NCBI RefSeq assembly: GCF_001194135.2
Contig: NC_068990.1
Location: 55,101,470-55,164,357, forward strand
DNA from: Octopus bimaculoides
Taxonomy: Eukaryota
Length of the DNA stretch: 62,888 nucleotides
Direction of reading: 5' to 3'
Under the pieces are notes generated by a model. The model was not told where the DNA came from and ran no database searches. It was given only the letters and a program-made list of their open reading frames with translations. The translations under genes were made by a program, and so were the position numbers. How positions within the stretch are numbered: position 1 is the first letter of the stretch; every line of letters begins with the position of its first letter. This document shows, piece by piece, positions 26,066 to 39,890 of the stretch.

Positions 26066-29000
26066 CGCACATATGTGTATATTTATGTACACACACACAC
26101 ATACATATGTATGTATGTATATATGTATGTATGTATGAATGCATGTATGTATGTATGAATGCATGTATGTATGTATGAATGCATGTATGTATGTATGTAT
26201 GTATGTTAGCTAAAGGAGAACGACCTTCACATAAACCAAAAAAGAGATATAAACACTTGCTGAAGGTTTCCTTGAGAGATGCCAACATCTCTCCTAATAC
26301 GTGGGAAGGCATAGCTACTGACCGTGGCAGGTGGAGAAGGATTGTGCATGAGGGGACAACTATTTTTGAGAAATCACGAATTGCACATGAGAAATTAAGG
26401 AGGGATGTCAGGAAGGGCATTGTTGTTGCACTTCCAGATGGCAAGGGTCTTCCNNNNNNNNNNNNNNNNNNNNNNNNNNNNNNNNNNNNNNNNNNNNNNN
26501 NNNNNNNNNNNNNNNNNNNNNNNNNNNNNNNNNNNNNNNNNNNNNNNNNNNNNNNNNNNNNNNNNNNNNNNNNNNNNNNNNNNNNNNNNNNNNNNNNNNN
26601 NNNNNNNNNNNNNNNNNNNNNNNNNNNNNNNNNNNNNNNNNGGACTCATGAGTTATCTTCGTAGTCATAAAGCAAAACTGATGATTGACTACCAGGCCGC
26701 TGGTGATGATGCTACACACCATACTAATCATGTCTGTCGGGCATGTGGAAGGGAGTGTGATTCAGCAGGAGGACTTAAACGACACGCAAAGGTACATGGT
26801 GCTCAATTACAACAACAGCCAGCTATTGCCAGTAAAGGTTTTGGATGCCAACTCTGTGCAAGACATTGTAGATCCTTGGCTGGGCTAAAAAGTCACATTT
26901 GATCACAGCACCGTTAAGTTAAGCTTTGTGCAATGGCCATACTCGATAACGAGGGGGCAGCCATCATGTATGTATGTATGCATGTTTGTATGTATGTATA
27001 TGTTAACTCAGTGAAAGTATATCTACTGATAAAAACCATTAAGAAATCAACATGCATTCAGATATATGGTAAAAGGAAAATAATATTGCATAATATGGTA
27101 TAGTATGGAGCACAGTATTTTATAACAAGATATAAAATATGATTTTAAAACTGCAAAGTAAAGAATAATATTATAATACTTACATTTGTCTTTCACTTGT
27201 AATGGTTGGGACATAAAATATATTTCCATATGTCCCAAAATGTCCATGATATAATCATTGTCTACAAGTGGTATAACTGGGGAAAAAAAAACAAAAAAAA
27301 AGCATATACAGTGATTTGAAATATGTCATTGAAGATATATCTATAAGTTGGTTTATTTCATGAACTTGTGTTAAAGGATTTGGTATTTTTACTGAACTGA
27401 CTGTCAATTTCTAATTAGTTTAGTGATCTATGCACATGCACATGCACACACACATGCACACGCACACACACACATGCACACACACACACATGCACATGCG
27501 CACATACACATGCACACACGCACACACACATGCACACGCATACACACACACACACATGCACACGCACACACACACACACACATGCACAAACCTATGCTAC
27601 AGTCTAATATAGTTATTTGATGTGCTAGAAATAACAGCTAAATTATGTGATTATGGATGCAGCTTTAAAACACTAATTTAATTATTCACAGTGCAACTTA
27701 ATTAAGCAGACTTTCCTTTTTGCAAGTGGTCATGTACGCACGTGTGATTTCATCAACTTCAATTGGTCTTAGATGATTTACCGTTACAGAGAAATTCATC
27801 ATCTTTGTATTCTAATGTAAGTTTACATACACTGTTTTATGTTATTGTGTGTTAGGGTTATGATTACTTGATCCTGATTCATTTTCAAAGTAAAATGAAG
27901 CTACCAAGTCGAATAATTTTGCCAAAGCAAATGTGATGATGTCATTTATCAATTATCATTAGTTGCACGGTTGACACCATGTAAATTTCTGTTTTTTAGA
28001 ATGAATCCAAGGAAAAAAATGAAATATGACATATCCTTCTTGAAATTTGGCTTTACTTTTATAATTTCAAATGAGGAGGAGAGACCACAGTGCGTTCTGT
28101 GTTCCGAGGTTTTGGCATCATCTTCTCTCAAACCTAGCAAGTTAAAGTGACACTTGGAAACAAAACACCCTGGCTTTGTTGACAAAAAAGGAGGATTTTT
28201 TCAAACAAAAATCTGATGCTCTGATACACTCTAGGCTCAATGACATGGGAAGTTTTTGTTTTGATATTGCTTCTGGTCTCAAAACTTCCTACAAAATTTC
28301 GAAAAAATCACTACCACAAAAAAAGCCACACAACATTGGAGAACAACTGATCTTGCCCTGTTGCAGAATGATTATCTTAAATGTTTTCAGCCAAAGTGAG
28401 CTTTCAAAACTGAAACATATCTCCCTTTCAAATGACACCAACAATAGACAAATTGCCGAAATATCTGAAAATATCCTTTCCCAAGTGGTGGCAAAAATAA
28501 AGAATTCCACATTCAACTTTTTTTCTATCCAACTTGATGAATCTACAGATATCGCAAATATGGCTCAACTGTACATCTTTGTACGGTATATTCACAATAA
28601 GAGTATGGAAGACAATTTTCTGTTTTGCAAATCTCTCCACTCTAAAACGACAACAAAAGACATTTTAGTCAAAGTTGACAACTTCTTTCATGCACATGAC
28701 ATCAATTGGGAGCACTGTATCGGTGTCTGCACTGATGGCACTCCGGTTATGCTAGGTTGCTGCTCGGGTTTTCAAACACTTATCAAACAAAAAGCCCTGA
28801 ATGCTCTTGGGACACATTGTACAATTCACCGACAAGATCTTATGGCTAAGACTTTACCAGATACACTTAAAAATGTTCTGAATGACGTTATTGCTGTTGT
28901 CAACTTCATCAAAGCTGGGGCACTAAATTCTCATCTCTTCGCATATTTATGCCGATTAAATGATGCTGATTTTGAAACTCTTCTGTTGGTCTCTCACGTC

Positions 29001-30540
29001 CGATGGTTATCTAAAGGGAAAGTACTGATGCAAGTTCTTTTGCTTAGAAACAAAATAAATGAATTTATTCAGGACTTGAAGTCTTGTTTGTGAGCTAAAT
29101 TTTGTGACGCCCAATTTCTTATATGTCTGGCATTTTTGGTGGATATATTCGACTCTTTCAACGCTCTTAACTTAACCCTGCAAGGAAAATGCATGACAGT
29201 ACTTCATTGTCATGAAAAAATATCTGCTTTTAAAATGAAACTGGAACTATGGGCTTCAAAATTGCAGGAGAAAAACTTTGCACCTCTTCCTCAGCTTAAT
29301 AAATTTATTGATGAAAACGAGTTCCTCGTCAATGATGATAAGGTTGAGGTGATGCAAAACCATATTTGCATTCTTAGGGAAGAATTATCCCTATATTTTC
29401 TCAATTTGCAAAACTTTGAGCAAGTTTATTGCTTCATGAACTTTATTGCTCCATTTTCCATATCTCTTGCTGATCTCCCTTCCGAGGACATAACCGTGCA
29501 GGAGCAGTTCATAGAATTGTTGAATGACGGAGCTGCAAAACAGATCTTTTGTGAAATGAGTTGTGACTTTTGGATTCAGGTAGCACAACTTTATCCAGAT
29601 ATTTCAAAGATGGCACTGAAATATCTAGTTCCCTTCACAACCACTTATGAGTGCGAGTTGGCATTTTCAGCTCTTCAATCGATAAAAAGCAAACAACGAA
29701 ACAGACTGGATTTTACATACGATATGAGGGTTGCTTTATCCAGAACCCAGCCAAATATAGACAATTTGGTAAAGCTAAAGCAAATACAGCAGTCACATTA
29801 ATCCTTCTTTTGAACAAGTTTGATGATTTTTCTTTGTCTATCAAAAAATATCCTGTCTTCTATTGGTTTTCGGCAAATATATATGCGAATCAAGGAAAGA
29901 ATCGGAAAAAATAAACAAAGAATTAAACGCTATATCAATGCCGATGGTCCCTTTCTTATACCAGACCTTACTTGCCACTGAACATAATATTTGTGAAAAT
30001 GGGTTTGAAAGCATAAGTTACTAATGAATAATTAATGTTTGGTATAGTTAACTGTGGCCCTACTTCATAGACTTAAATTAAACAAAATGTTAATTTTTTC
30101 ATAGCATTCTGCCAACATCTGGTGTCATGTTAGTGTCGTTATTGTTATTTTATGCTTACATCTAACATTTATATTTAATGGCATTATTGGGGTTTTGTGC
30201 ATTCAACTACTTAAACCTAATAGTAGTATAATCGCAAACATTTTGCATTTGATTAATCTCTTATTCCTGCCAAAATAGGCCGGGGACTGCGAGGCCTCTA
30301 AAAAATGGCCAGGGGACCGTGAAGCAAAAATTTTGAAAAAGGTTGAGAACCACTGCTCTAGGAGAAGGAAGATCCATCTCATTGTGAAGCCAGAGATCTT
30401 CCTCTTGCTTGTGTCTGGACTACATGGCTTTGTAGGTGAAAGTTTTTGTGATGTTGTGCCATTACTGGAAACCATTGTCTTTAGCATCTAGGATAAGATA
30501 ATTTGCCAATGCTGGTCATACTTGTCTGTGAGTTGGTAGC

Positions 30541-30571
<31 letters not shown>

Positions 30572-33500
30572 CGTACATATAAATATGCGTGTGTGTGTGT
30601 GTGTGTTTCATCTATCTATCTCTACCTATCTGTTCTGCTACCAGTTAGTGAAGGAGAGAAGTTTAGTAGCTTGCTTAACATGCAAAATAGCCACCAATTT
30701 TGTTTACATGAATGCACAACACTTCAGTTGAGATGTCAACAAGTCCTTAAACTATTGCTAATTCTTTTAAGTTTCATGTGAAAGTCATCAGTACAACAGA
30801 ATCTCTTGATTTCAAATTTCACTTAATAGACTGGTAGTGGTGGTAACAATAACTATAGGACATCATGGTAACATAAAACTGATGAATGTACTGTTATTGA
30901 TGGCAGAGTATACAATAGCAATAATAATTTACCTCTATTTTTGGTTTTTAGGAATAAGCCATATCCAAAACTAGACTTTATGCCTAATTTACTGACAATT
31001 TTGTCACATATGTCCATTACCATGGTATGTGAAAAAACTTCCATTTTCTGTAAATGCAAACAAGATAAACATAAGTCAATTTTTGAATACAGAAAACAGT
31101 TGAATGGACAATAAATTTGAAGAATGATTGTTTGTAGAAGAAAAGAAATGCAGATTCTAAATTCTATAATGATTATTTCATCTCTCCAGGTCACTGAAGT
31201 AGTAAAGTTTGTTAACTCTTTAACATTTAAACCAGCCATATCTGGCCCAAATATTTTACCTGTTTTATGCTCAAACCAGCTAGATCCAGCCTCTTGCATC
31301 TACCCTACAATGTTATTCTAAAAATAAACACTCACATCATCAAAATTGTGAAGCTACAAGATAATGCATGACTAATTGAAAACAATGTGAATAAATAAGC
31401 ATTGCATTTGACAGAGTAATATGAATGCTAGAGAGTTAAATATCAGTGATAAAGAGTCTATGATAAACAAACATTGGCCCATGATGGATAATGCCAATAT
31501 TATACATGGTGAACAGGCCTACTAGGTGGGGTTGTACTTTAAGTTGCTTTAGCACACTGTAGGTGCATCATGTCACTGTATGAGTTTTCTCCCCTGTAGT
31601 AACAGGGCAGTGGCAGGGGAAACAATTCTAGAGAAAATATAGTGTGCTAAAAGATTAATGAAATTGAAATGGTTTAAAACTTTTAAAATTTGTCCAAAAC
31701 TAATGCCAAATATAGAAGAGTTGTATGGATGCAAACTCTGTATTGTCTTCCCATTAATAATGTATAAGTGGGAGCAAAAAAACTCAGTAACATTTTTTAT
31801 GGAAATGTGGACTGGTATTTATTTGTCAAATTGAGAATCACAGGACTTAGAGTGAACTATAGTAAACATAATGGATAAATTGGTTACTCTTGAGTCATAG
31901 GATGTACAAATAATCATCATCAGAAGTAGATTGAAATTGTTGTCATCAACATAGTAAGAACATCTGTGGTAGGCAACTTTTTACTTTTATCTTTTACTTG
32001 TTTCAGTTATTAGACTGTGGCCATGCTGGGGCACTACCTTGAAGAAGAATTTCTTAGTCAACTGAATTGATCCTGGTATGTTTTTTTTTGCTTGTATTTT
32101 TTTAAAACCTGGTATTTATTCTATTAGTATCTTTTTGCTGAACCACCAAGTGGGCTACATGAAATATGGATCACTATCAGGTGGGCTGCCCAATTAAAAA
32201 ACTTCAGTAATTTTTTTATTTGATGCACCATTCAGAAAGTCCCATGGATTGCAGTCTGCCCATGACTGTGCTATGGGATTTTTCAATAAGCTAGAAATAA
32301 CAACTAAATCTCCCTCAATGCGACACAACTGATTTTAAAAATGGATAGATTGAAAAATGTGGTCCAAGATATAGAAAATGGTTATGTCTGGTTTTTCAAT
32401 ACATCATCCTGTGATGCATCTGGAGATATTAATCAGCAATGTCTTATTGAAGTTATTCAATATTTTGTGTCTTTCAATAAACAGACACCTGCACCTGAGT
32501 GACCAAACTATGATTGATCAAACCTCAGCAGTATCTAGTTAGCACTTACCCTTTCCAGGTATCATGCCTCCTTATCCACAGCCACCTTGAAACAAATTCT
32601 GTTGCCTTCTAGAAAATGCAGTCTTGGATATTACTGGTACTCTTTCATTTACAATGATGAGGGTTCCAGTTGATCTGATCAACAAAACATCCTGCTCGTT
32701 AAATTAATGTGCAAGTGGTTGAATACTCCACAGGCACACGTACCATTAACTGGGACATTTAGTGCGACACAAAGTATAACAAGGCTGGTCCTTTGAGTTA
32801 GAGGTACAACTCATCTTTGCCTGCTGAGTGGACAGGAACAACATGAATTAAGTATCTAGCTCAAAGACATAATGTGCCGCCAGGAACTGAACTCATGTCC
32901 TTACAACCATGAGCCAAATGCTCTAACCACCAAGGCACACACCTTCACTATATCTTGGACATATAGAAAATGATGGGATGGTTATGCCTAGAATATCTTT
33001 GAATATCAGTCTGCTTGATCAGAGTTGAGCCAGGAGAGTTGAGCCAGATCTAAACAGCAACATTTAACTTGACTCATTTACCAGAAGGAATGAAAAATTG
33101 GGAAGATTAAAGGTGATCTGTAATTATTTAGTTATTTTGTATTGTTTTAATTAAAATGACAAGAAAAAAAAACTTTATAAAATAATTCTTATGATTACTG
33201 TACCTTAACTGAAGAATCTGATAATATGATTTCAAGCTTGATAGGATCTACACAGTGAGCAGATACAGCCAAATGTTCCAATGTGTGGGGAGGATACAAA
33301 CGAGGCCCACTTCTGTTTTTAGTATAAAAAGAAAAATACAATCATCATCATCATCCTATCTTATCCTATCCTATCCTATCCTATCTACCTATTGTTTTAT
33401 CTATTTATCAACTCATTTTAACTTCTATCTTTACTTCATCATCATCATCATCATTTAATGTTCAATTTTCCATGCTGGCATGGGTTGGATAATTTGACAG

Positions 33501-34849
33501 GAGCTGGTCTACACTAGGCTCCATTGTCTGCTTTGGCGCAGTTTCTACAGCTGGATGCACTTCCTAATGCCAGCCACTTTACAGAGTGCACTGGGTGGTT
33601 TTTACATGGCACCAGCACCAGTTCATTTTATATGGAACATGTTATTTAGTTTTTCCAGCTTTAACCCTTTATCTACTTATTCTTATGTTTAGTTTTAGTT
33701 TTAGTTCCACCTTAGGTTTAGTTCCACCATCATCATCATCATCAACAACAATTCCCTTATAGGTGCAAGGCATGGCTGTGTGGTTAAAGAACTTGCTTTG
33801 CAAAGTTGTTTTGAGTTCAGTCCCTCTGCACAGTACCTTGGGCAAATGTCTTCTACCATTGCCTTATGAGTGAATTTGGTAGATAGAAACTATGTGGAAA
33901 CTTGCCATCTCTCTTTCTCTCTGTCTCTAAATATATATATATATATATATATATATNNNNNNNNNNNNNNNNNNNNNNNNNNNNNNNNNNNNNNNNNNNN
34001 NNNNNNNNNNNNNNNNNNNNNNNNNNNNNNNNNNNNNNNNNNNNNNNNNNNNNNNNNNNNNNNNNNNNNNNNNNNNNNNNNNNNNNNNNNNNNNNNNNNN
34101 NNNNNNNNNNNNNNNNNNNNNNNNNNNNNNNNNNNNNNNNNNNNNNNNNNNNNNNNNNNNNNNNNNNNNNNNNNNNNNNNNNNNNNNNNNNNNNNNNNNN
34201 NNNNNNNNNNNNNNNNNNNNNNNNNNNNNNNNNNNNNNNNNNNNNNNNNNNNNNNNNNNNNNNNNNNNNNNNNNNNNNNNNNNNNNNNNNNNNNNNNNNN
34301 NNNNNNNNNNNNNNNNNNNNNNNNNNNNNNNNNNNNNNNNNNNNNNNNNNNNNNNNNNNNNNNNNNNNNNNNNNNNNNNNNNNNNNNNNNNNNNNNNNNN
34401 NNNNNNNNNNNNNNNNNNNNNNNNNNNNNNNNNNNNNNNNNNNNNNNNNNNNNNNNNNNNNNNNNNNNNNNNNNNNNNNNNNNNNNNNNNNNNNNNNNNN
34501 NNNNNNNNNNNNNNNNNNNNNNNNNNNNNNNNNNNNNNNNNNNNNNNNNNNNNNNNNNNNNNNNNNNNNNNNNNNNNNNNNNNNNNNNNNNNNNNNNNNN
34601 NNNNNNNNNNNNNNNNNNNNNNNNNNNNNNNNNNNNNNNNNNNNNNNNNNNNNNNNNNNNNNNNNNNNNNNNNNNNNNNNNNNNNNNNNNNNNNNNNNNN
34701 NNNNNNNNNNNNNNNNNNNNNNNNNNNNNNNNNNNNNNNNNNNNNNNNNNNNNNNNNNNNNNNNNNNNNNNNNNNNNNNNNNNNNNNNNNNNNNNNNNNN
34801 NNNNNNNNNNNNNNNNNNNNNNNNNNNNNNNNNNNNNNNNNNNNNNNNN

Positions 34850-34886
<37 letters not shown>

Positions 34887-37800
34887 ATATGTCTTTGTCG
34901 TATCTCCCACCAGCTTGACAACTGATGTTGGTTTGTTTATGTCCTCATAATTTAGCAGTTTTACAAAAGAGAGTGAGGGATTGACTTATTTGACTAAACC
35001 CTTCAAGCTGGTTCCCCAGCATGTCTGCAGTCCAGTGGTCTAAATAAATAAAACATAGAACATTGTGCTTATATGTTTTGATCTGTTAATAGATATATAA
35101 GAAGTAGCACTACTTTGGTCACTGACATGTTCTCAAAAGAATAATATGCCTTTAATAAAAACATGTTCATACTCAATACTCTAAGCACTTCATTCTAAGA
35201 GGTCATGCTCTATTTTCATAAACATTTAACCTCAGGGTATATATGTGTGTGTGAGGATGTGTATGTATGTGTTGCATTTTTGTAAGGAATGAAATAGTTA
35301 TTTATAATAAGTATAACACAGCTATAAACATGCAAACTGTGGTGGATTTCACGCATGAAGTAGGGCCTACCTAGAGTACCTCCCACACCCCCACTTAGAG
35401 CATTCAGATGGATTCCGCACTGAGTTACTGAAGCAAAAATATTATTAAAGCAAATATTCTGCTCAATACCACAGATCTGTTTGTCAGTTGCTTGACCTTG
35501 ACCACTTGAGCATGTGTCTTAATGGCTGACTGTATGTGCATCTCTGATCATGAGCAGGAGTAGTAGGGGAGCATCATAGCCATGTGTTGAGAGGGATTCT
35601 ATGGGGTTTGAATAAATGTAACAAAAGCAAAGTTTGAAGGAAATATTAGCTATTTTTCAAACAGGAAATAACAGGTGCTACCCAAGGGAAAAAAAATCAT
35701 ATTACACAGTGTAATTAAATTATTAAGAAATGCATTACTTTTTTGTATATATACTTACAGTCTTAGAATCTTTATTCGATTGAAACATTGTTCAGCCAAA
35801 CAGCTTTCACTGACTTGCAAGAATTTCAAAAGTTCTTGATACATATCCTCTTGTGGTATTACACAACCAGTTAACAACCACATAAGCACCCAACCTTTAT
35901 TTCGACTTGTTCTGTTTTAGAAATAATACAAGAAATAAATGTACAAATACTCAAAGTTTTAACACATACAAAATAAAGAATGCTTTTTTTTTTTTGTTTT
36001 TCTTTTAAGAATTCTTTTATGGAGGTGAAGAGAAATTAATTACTTAAGAATATGAATGTGAGAGACTTGCTTTAGTCTTTTTATTGATAGACTTAAAATG
36101 AAATGCAGTAACCTATGTCACAGCAAAATACACTGTCGTTTTTCAAAAAAAAAAAAGGGGAAAGACTCAGCAAGCATTGTCTAAAAATAAGATGGAATGG
36201 TCATAGCAAGAATGCCTTTAATCATAGAACTACTCATTAGAGCTTATGGACTCAAGCATGGCTATATGGTTCTAGGTTATCAACACTTTTGGCAATTGTC
36301 TTCTATGATAACCTTAGGTTGACCAAAACCTTATGAAAGTAATTTGGCAGATAGGTGTTATGTGAAAGTTTTGTTTACACACACATGCATACACAAACAC
36401 ACACTCCCTCACACACCACACACACACACGTGTGTGTGTGTGTGTGTGTGTGGAAAGGATCTTCACATTTCAAACCGTTAGTCCTTCATCAGAAGAAAAG
36501 TGGAAAAGAAGCAATAAAAGTGGAAAAGAAGCAATAAAAGAGGAAAAGGTAATCAGAAAAAGAATATATATATATATATATAGATATATATGACCATTTT
36601 TTTCTCATTCATCTTTCTCTTCTATTGTTTCATGTGTGTGTGTGTGTGTGTGTGTATCTTTGTGTTTTGTCGCCCACCATCACTTGACAGTTGGTTTGTT
36701 TACGTCCATGTAACTTAACAGTTCAGCAAAAGAGACTGATAGGATAAGTTTCAGGCTTGAAAAGATGAGTACTGGAGTCAATTTGTGAAAACTACAACCT
36801 TAAATGCAGTGCCCCAGCATGGCCACAGACTAACGAATGAAAAATGTAAAAGAAGACAGTAATGTAAATACATTGAATGCTTTAAGTTAGATGTAATGAC
36901 TGAAATCATCATCATCATCATTGTTTGAGTGTCTGTTTTCTGATCCTGATATGAGATGGATCTGTTTGAAACACAGTATTGCTGCATGTCTTGGTCCTTA
37001 ACCATTTTTATACCTTTGTGAGAAGACAGGTCATTGCCTGTGACCTTTCAAAGGCTCTCTGAGACTAGTGACTTTCATATGGTTGATGTTCATCTTCCAT
37101 GTCTGAAAGTTAATATCTATCAGAAAAACATAGTAAGAGAGGAAATTCTAGTGAGGGCTGATATTCTGAGGAAGTTTTGGAAGTAGTAGTTAGTGCAGGA
37201 TGTCATGGGGTGGGAACAATGGCTGTTTAAACAGTAAAAGGAGGGCAGTAAAGATGATAAGATGGTTGCATTAGATAGACATAAATGAAAATGTTACTAT
37301 GTAACTAGTTCAGAGCAACAGAAGCTATTGTATATATATTAGACAAGGAGAAGTGGTAGTATGGCAGCACATATGTGGACTAGAGGTTGTAGTGTTTTCA
37401 TGAGTAAGTCTTTGGCAATCAGTTTGATAGTTTAGCCCAAACTTTTCAGATCTAATCTAATATTTTCATCCTAAATACTCTTTGATCTATCTGCTTCTGT
37501 TATAAGCATCTTTCATTGTCAACACACTTCCCTATGTTTCATTTTTTTGTATAACATGTGCAAACTATTACTGTCATTTTTTTTTTTTTTCACACCAGTC
37601 TTTGCAATTCACTTAAACTCATACATCCACATTTAATATATTGCACATCCATATCTAGTTCAAATCCCTACTCGCTTGATTCCACTGCAATGTTTACCTT
37701 TCATGTGTCATGGTCATACAGCATTACACTTCAAACACATTTATCTTTTACTGTTTATCTGCCGTTTCAATGATATAAAATAGACAAACTTACACATCAT

Positions 37801-39839
37801 CATTTTCAGTCAACTGTTTGATGAGTTGAATGTAAATTTCATTACGCAAGTGTTTCTGTAAAGTGAAAAAGATGAGACATTCTTTACAAAGTAAAATAGA
37901 GAAACTGGCTTAACCATCAAAATTTTTTAAAATTTTGACTTAAGTAAAAGCCAATCAATATATGGCTAATTGGCTAGGCAATTAGCTTTTAATCATAAAG
38001 TCATAGATTTCATTCCTGGCCTGGATGGTGTGTTTTGTCTTTGCACAAGACACATTACTTTGTTATTCTAATTCACTCAGCTGACAAAAATTGGTATTAA
38101 GACTGACAGAACACACTTGTCGGTGTCAAGATAGCATGGCAATATTAATGAGTTTGGCATATTTGGCCCATATGATATCTCTTATCTCCATCACCTTCAA
38201 AGTTGGAACTGATGTTTGAGGGAGAATGAGATGTGGTAAGCTCTTCAATCCCATAAGTCTTCATGGATTATTCACATGAAATGAATATCGATCATGTTGG
38301 TCACCACAAGGAGATGAACTTAATTATTCGTTTGTTGGACTGATTACCTGACTCATTTTTCTGGAACCTCAAGAACTGCCACAGATAAAAACTCCAAATA
38401 TTTTTATTATCAAGATACATATAAGGCATAGGTGTGTGGTTAAGAAACTTGCTTCTTAATCATGTAATCTCAGGTTCAGTCCTACTGTGTGGCACTTTGG
38501 GAAAGTGTCTCTCTCTCAAAGCCTTGGGCCAAACTAAGCCTTGTGAGTAACCAAAGCCTTGTGAGCAGATTTAATGGATGGAAACTGAAAGAAGCCCATT
38601 TTATGCATTTATGTGTACTCTTGTCTTGACATCATGTGATGGTTGTAAAACAAGCATCACTATCATACAAGTGATGTTGTTTGTTTCCAGTCTTCCATGA
38701 AAAACATGTTTGGCCATGAAGAAATTTTAACGTGCCTGGAAATAGATGAAGGTTGGTGACAGGAAAGGCATCATGTGGTAGAAAATTTGCCTCAAAAATT
38801 TCCACCTGACCCATACAAGCATGGAAAAGTGAACATAAAATAATGATGATGATGCTGATGATGATGATGAATCATTAAGAAAAATGTATAATTCTTATGA
38901 AAAAAATTAAGTAATTGGATTTTAAAGATATTGCGGTGCTATTAAAGCATGTCAAATACTGGATAAATTGCAGTTTGTATATATAAAAAAAAAAAAAAAA
39001 TTAACTATACAGAAAATGAAATTAAAAACAAACTGTAATTTTAGCTAATTATACTCATAGAAACAGCAATATTTTCATGGTTACAAGTGTTAACTTTTTT
39101 AACTGTGAAATTAGATATCAGGATTATTCCAGTAATGACATTAAATAACTACCAAACAATACAATTGATATTTTCTACAAATCACATTGCTTAAATAAAC
39201 TTGATATATCTTAACAAAACATAGTTTCAAACATGACATTCCTCAATAAAAGACAGATTGGTATATAAAACTGCTTTCCACAGTTAAAGGTAATAAGATT
39301 TTGAGCGGATATATCTGATTTCTGCAGTTAAAGGGTTAGTAGAGTAAAAAAATGGAGAAAAATGTCTTTTTGCTTTCATTCACTAATCATTTGCTAATGA
39401 CTAGTGAAAATATTTCATCTGATTACGAAATAAGGTGGGAAAGAGTCCAAATTAAATGTAACTCAAATTGTTTTCTATTTCTTATTACTTATGTTCATTT
39501 TTACAAACTTTTGAAGTTCTCAGCTTATATTTAATGGCTGTACAATACTTATAACTGGTGAATATTTATTTGGAGGGTAAGCCAAAGAAAATACTTCGAG
39601 CAAGAACAAAATTTTGTACTTCCATTAAGCTTTGACTTTGGCTACTTAATTACCAAACTACAACATTTGTAATAGAAAATAGTGCAAATGTAGATGTAAA
39701 AATACGACAAAAAATATTAGGCATAGGTAATGTGGCTGTGTGGTTAAGAAGTTTGCTTCCCAACCACATGGTTTCAGATTCATGGCACCTTGGGCAAATG
39801 TCTATGAGTAGATTTGGTAGATGGAAACTGAAAGAACCT

Positions 39840-39890
<51 letters not shown>

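Noticed and set aside
32548-32612. AG...GTAAGT-bounded segment considered as a myosin exon
   Set aside because: No motif match; exon 33204-33312 fills that slot with the correct phases.
39725-39800. tRNA-like A/B-box heads
   Set aside because: They belong to decayed SINE copies; no complete cloverleaf could be built.
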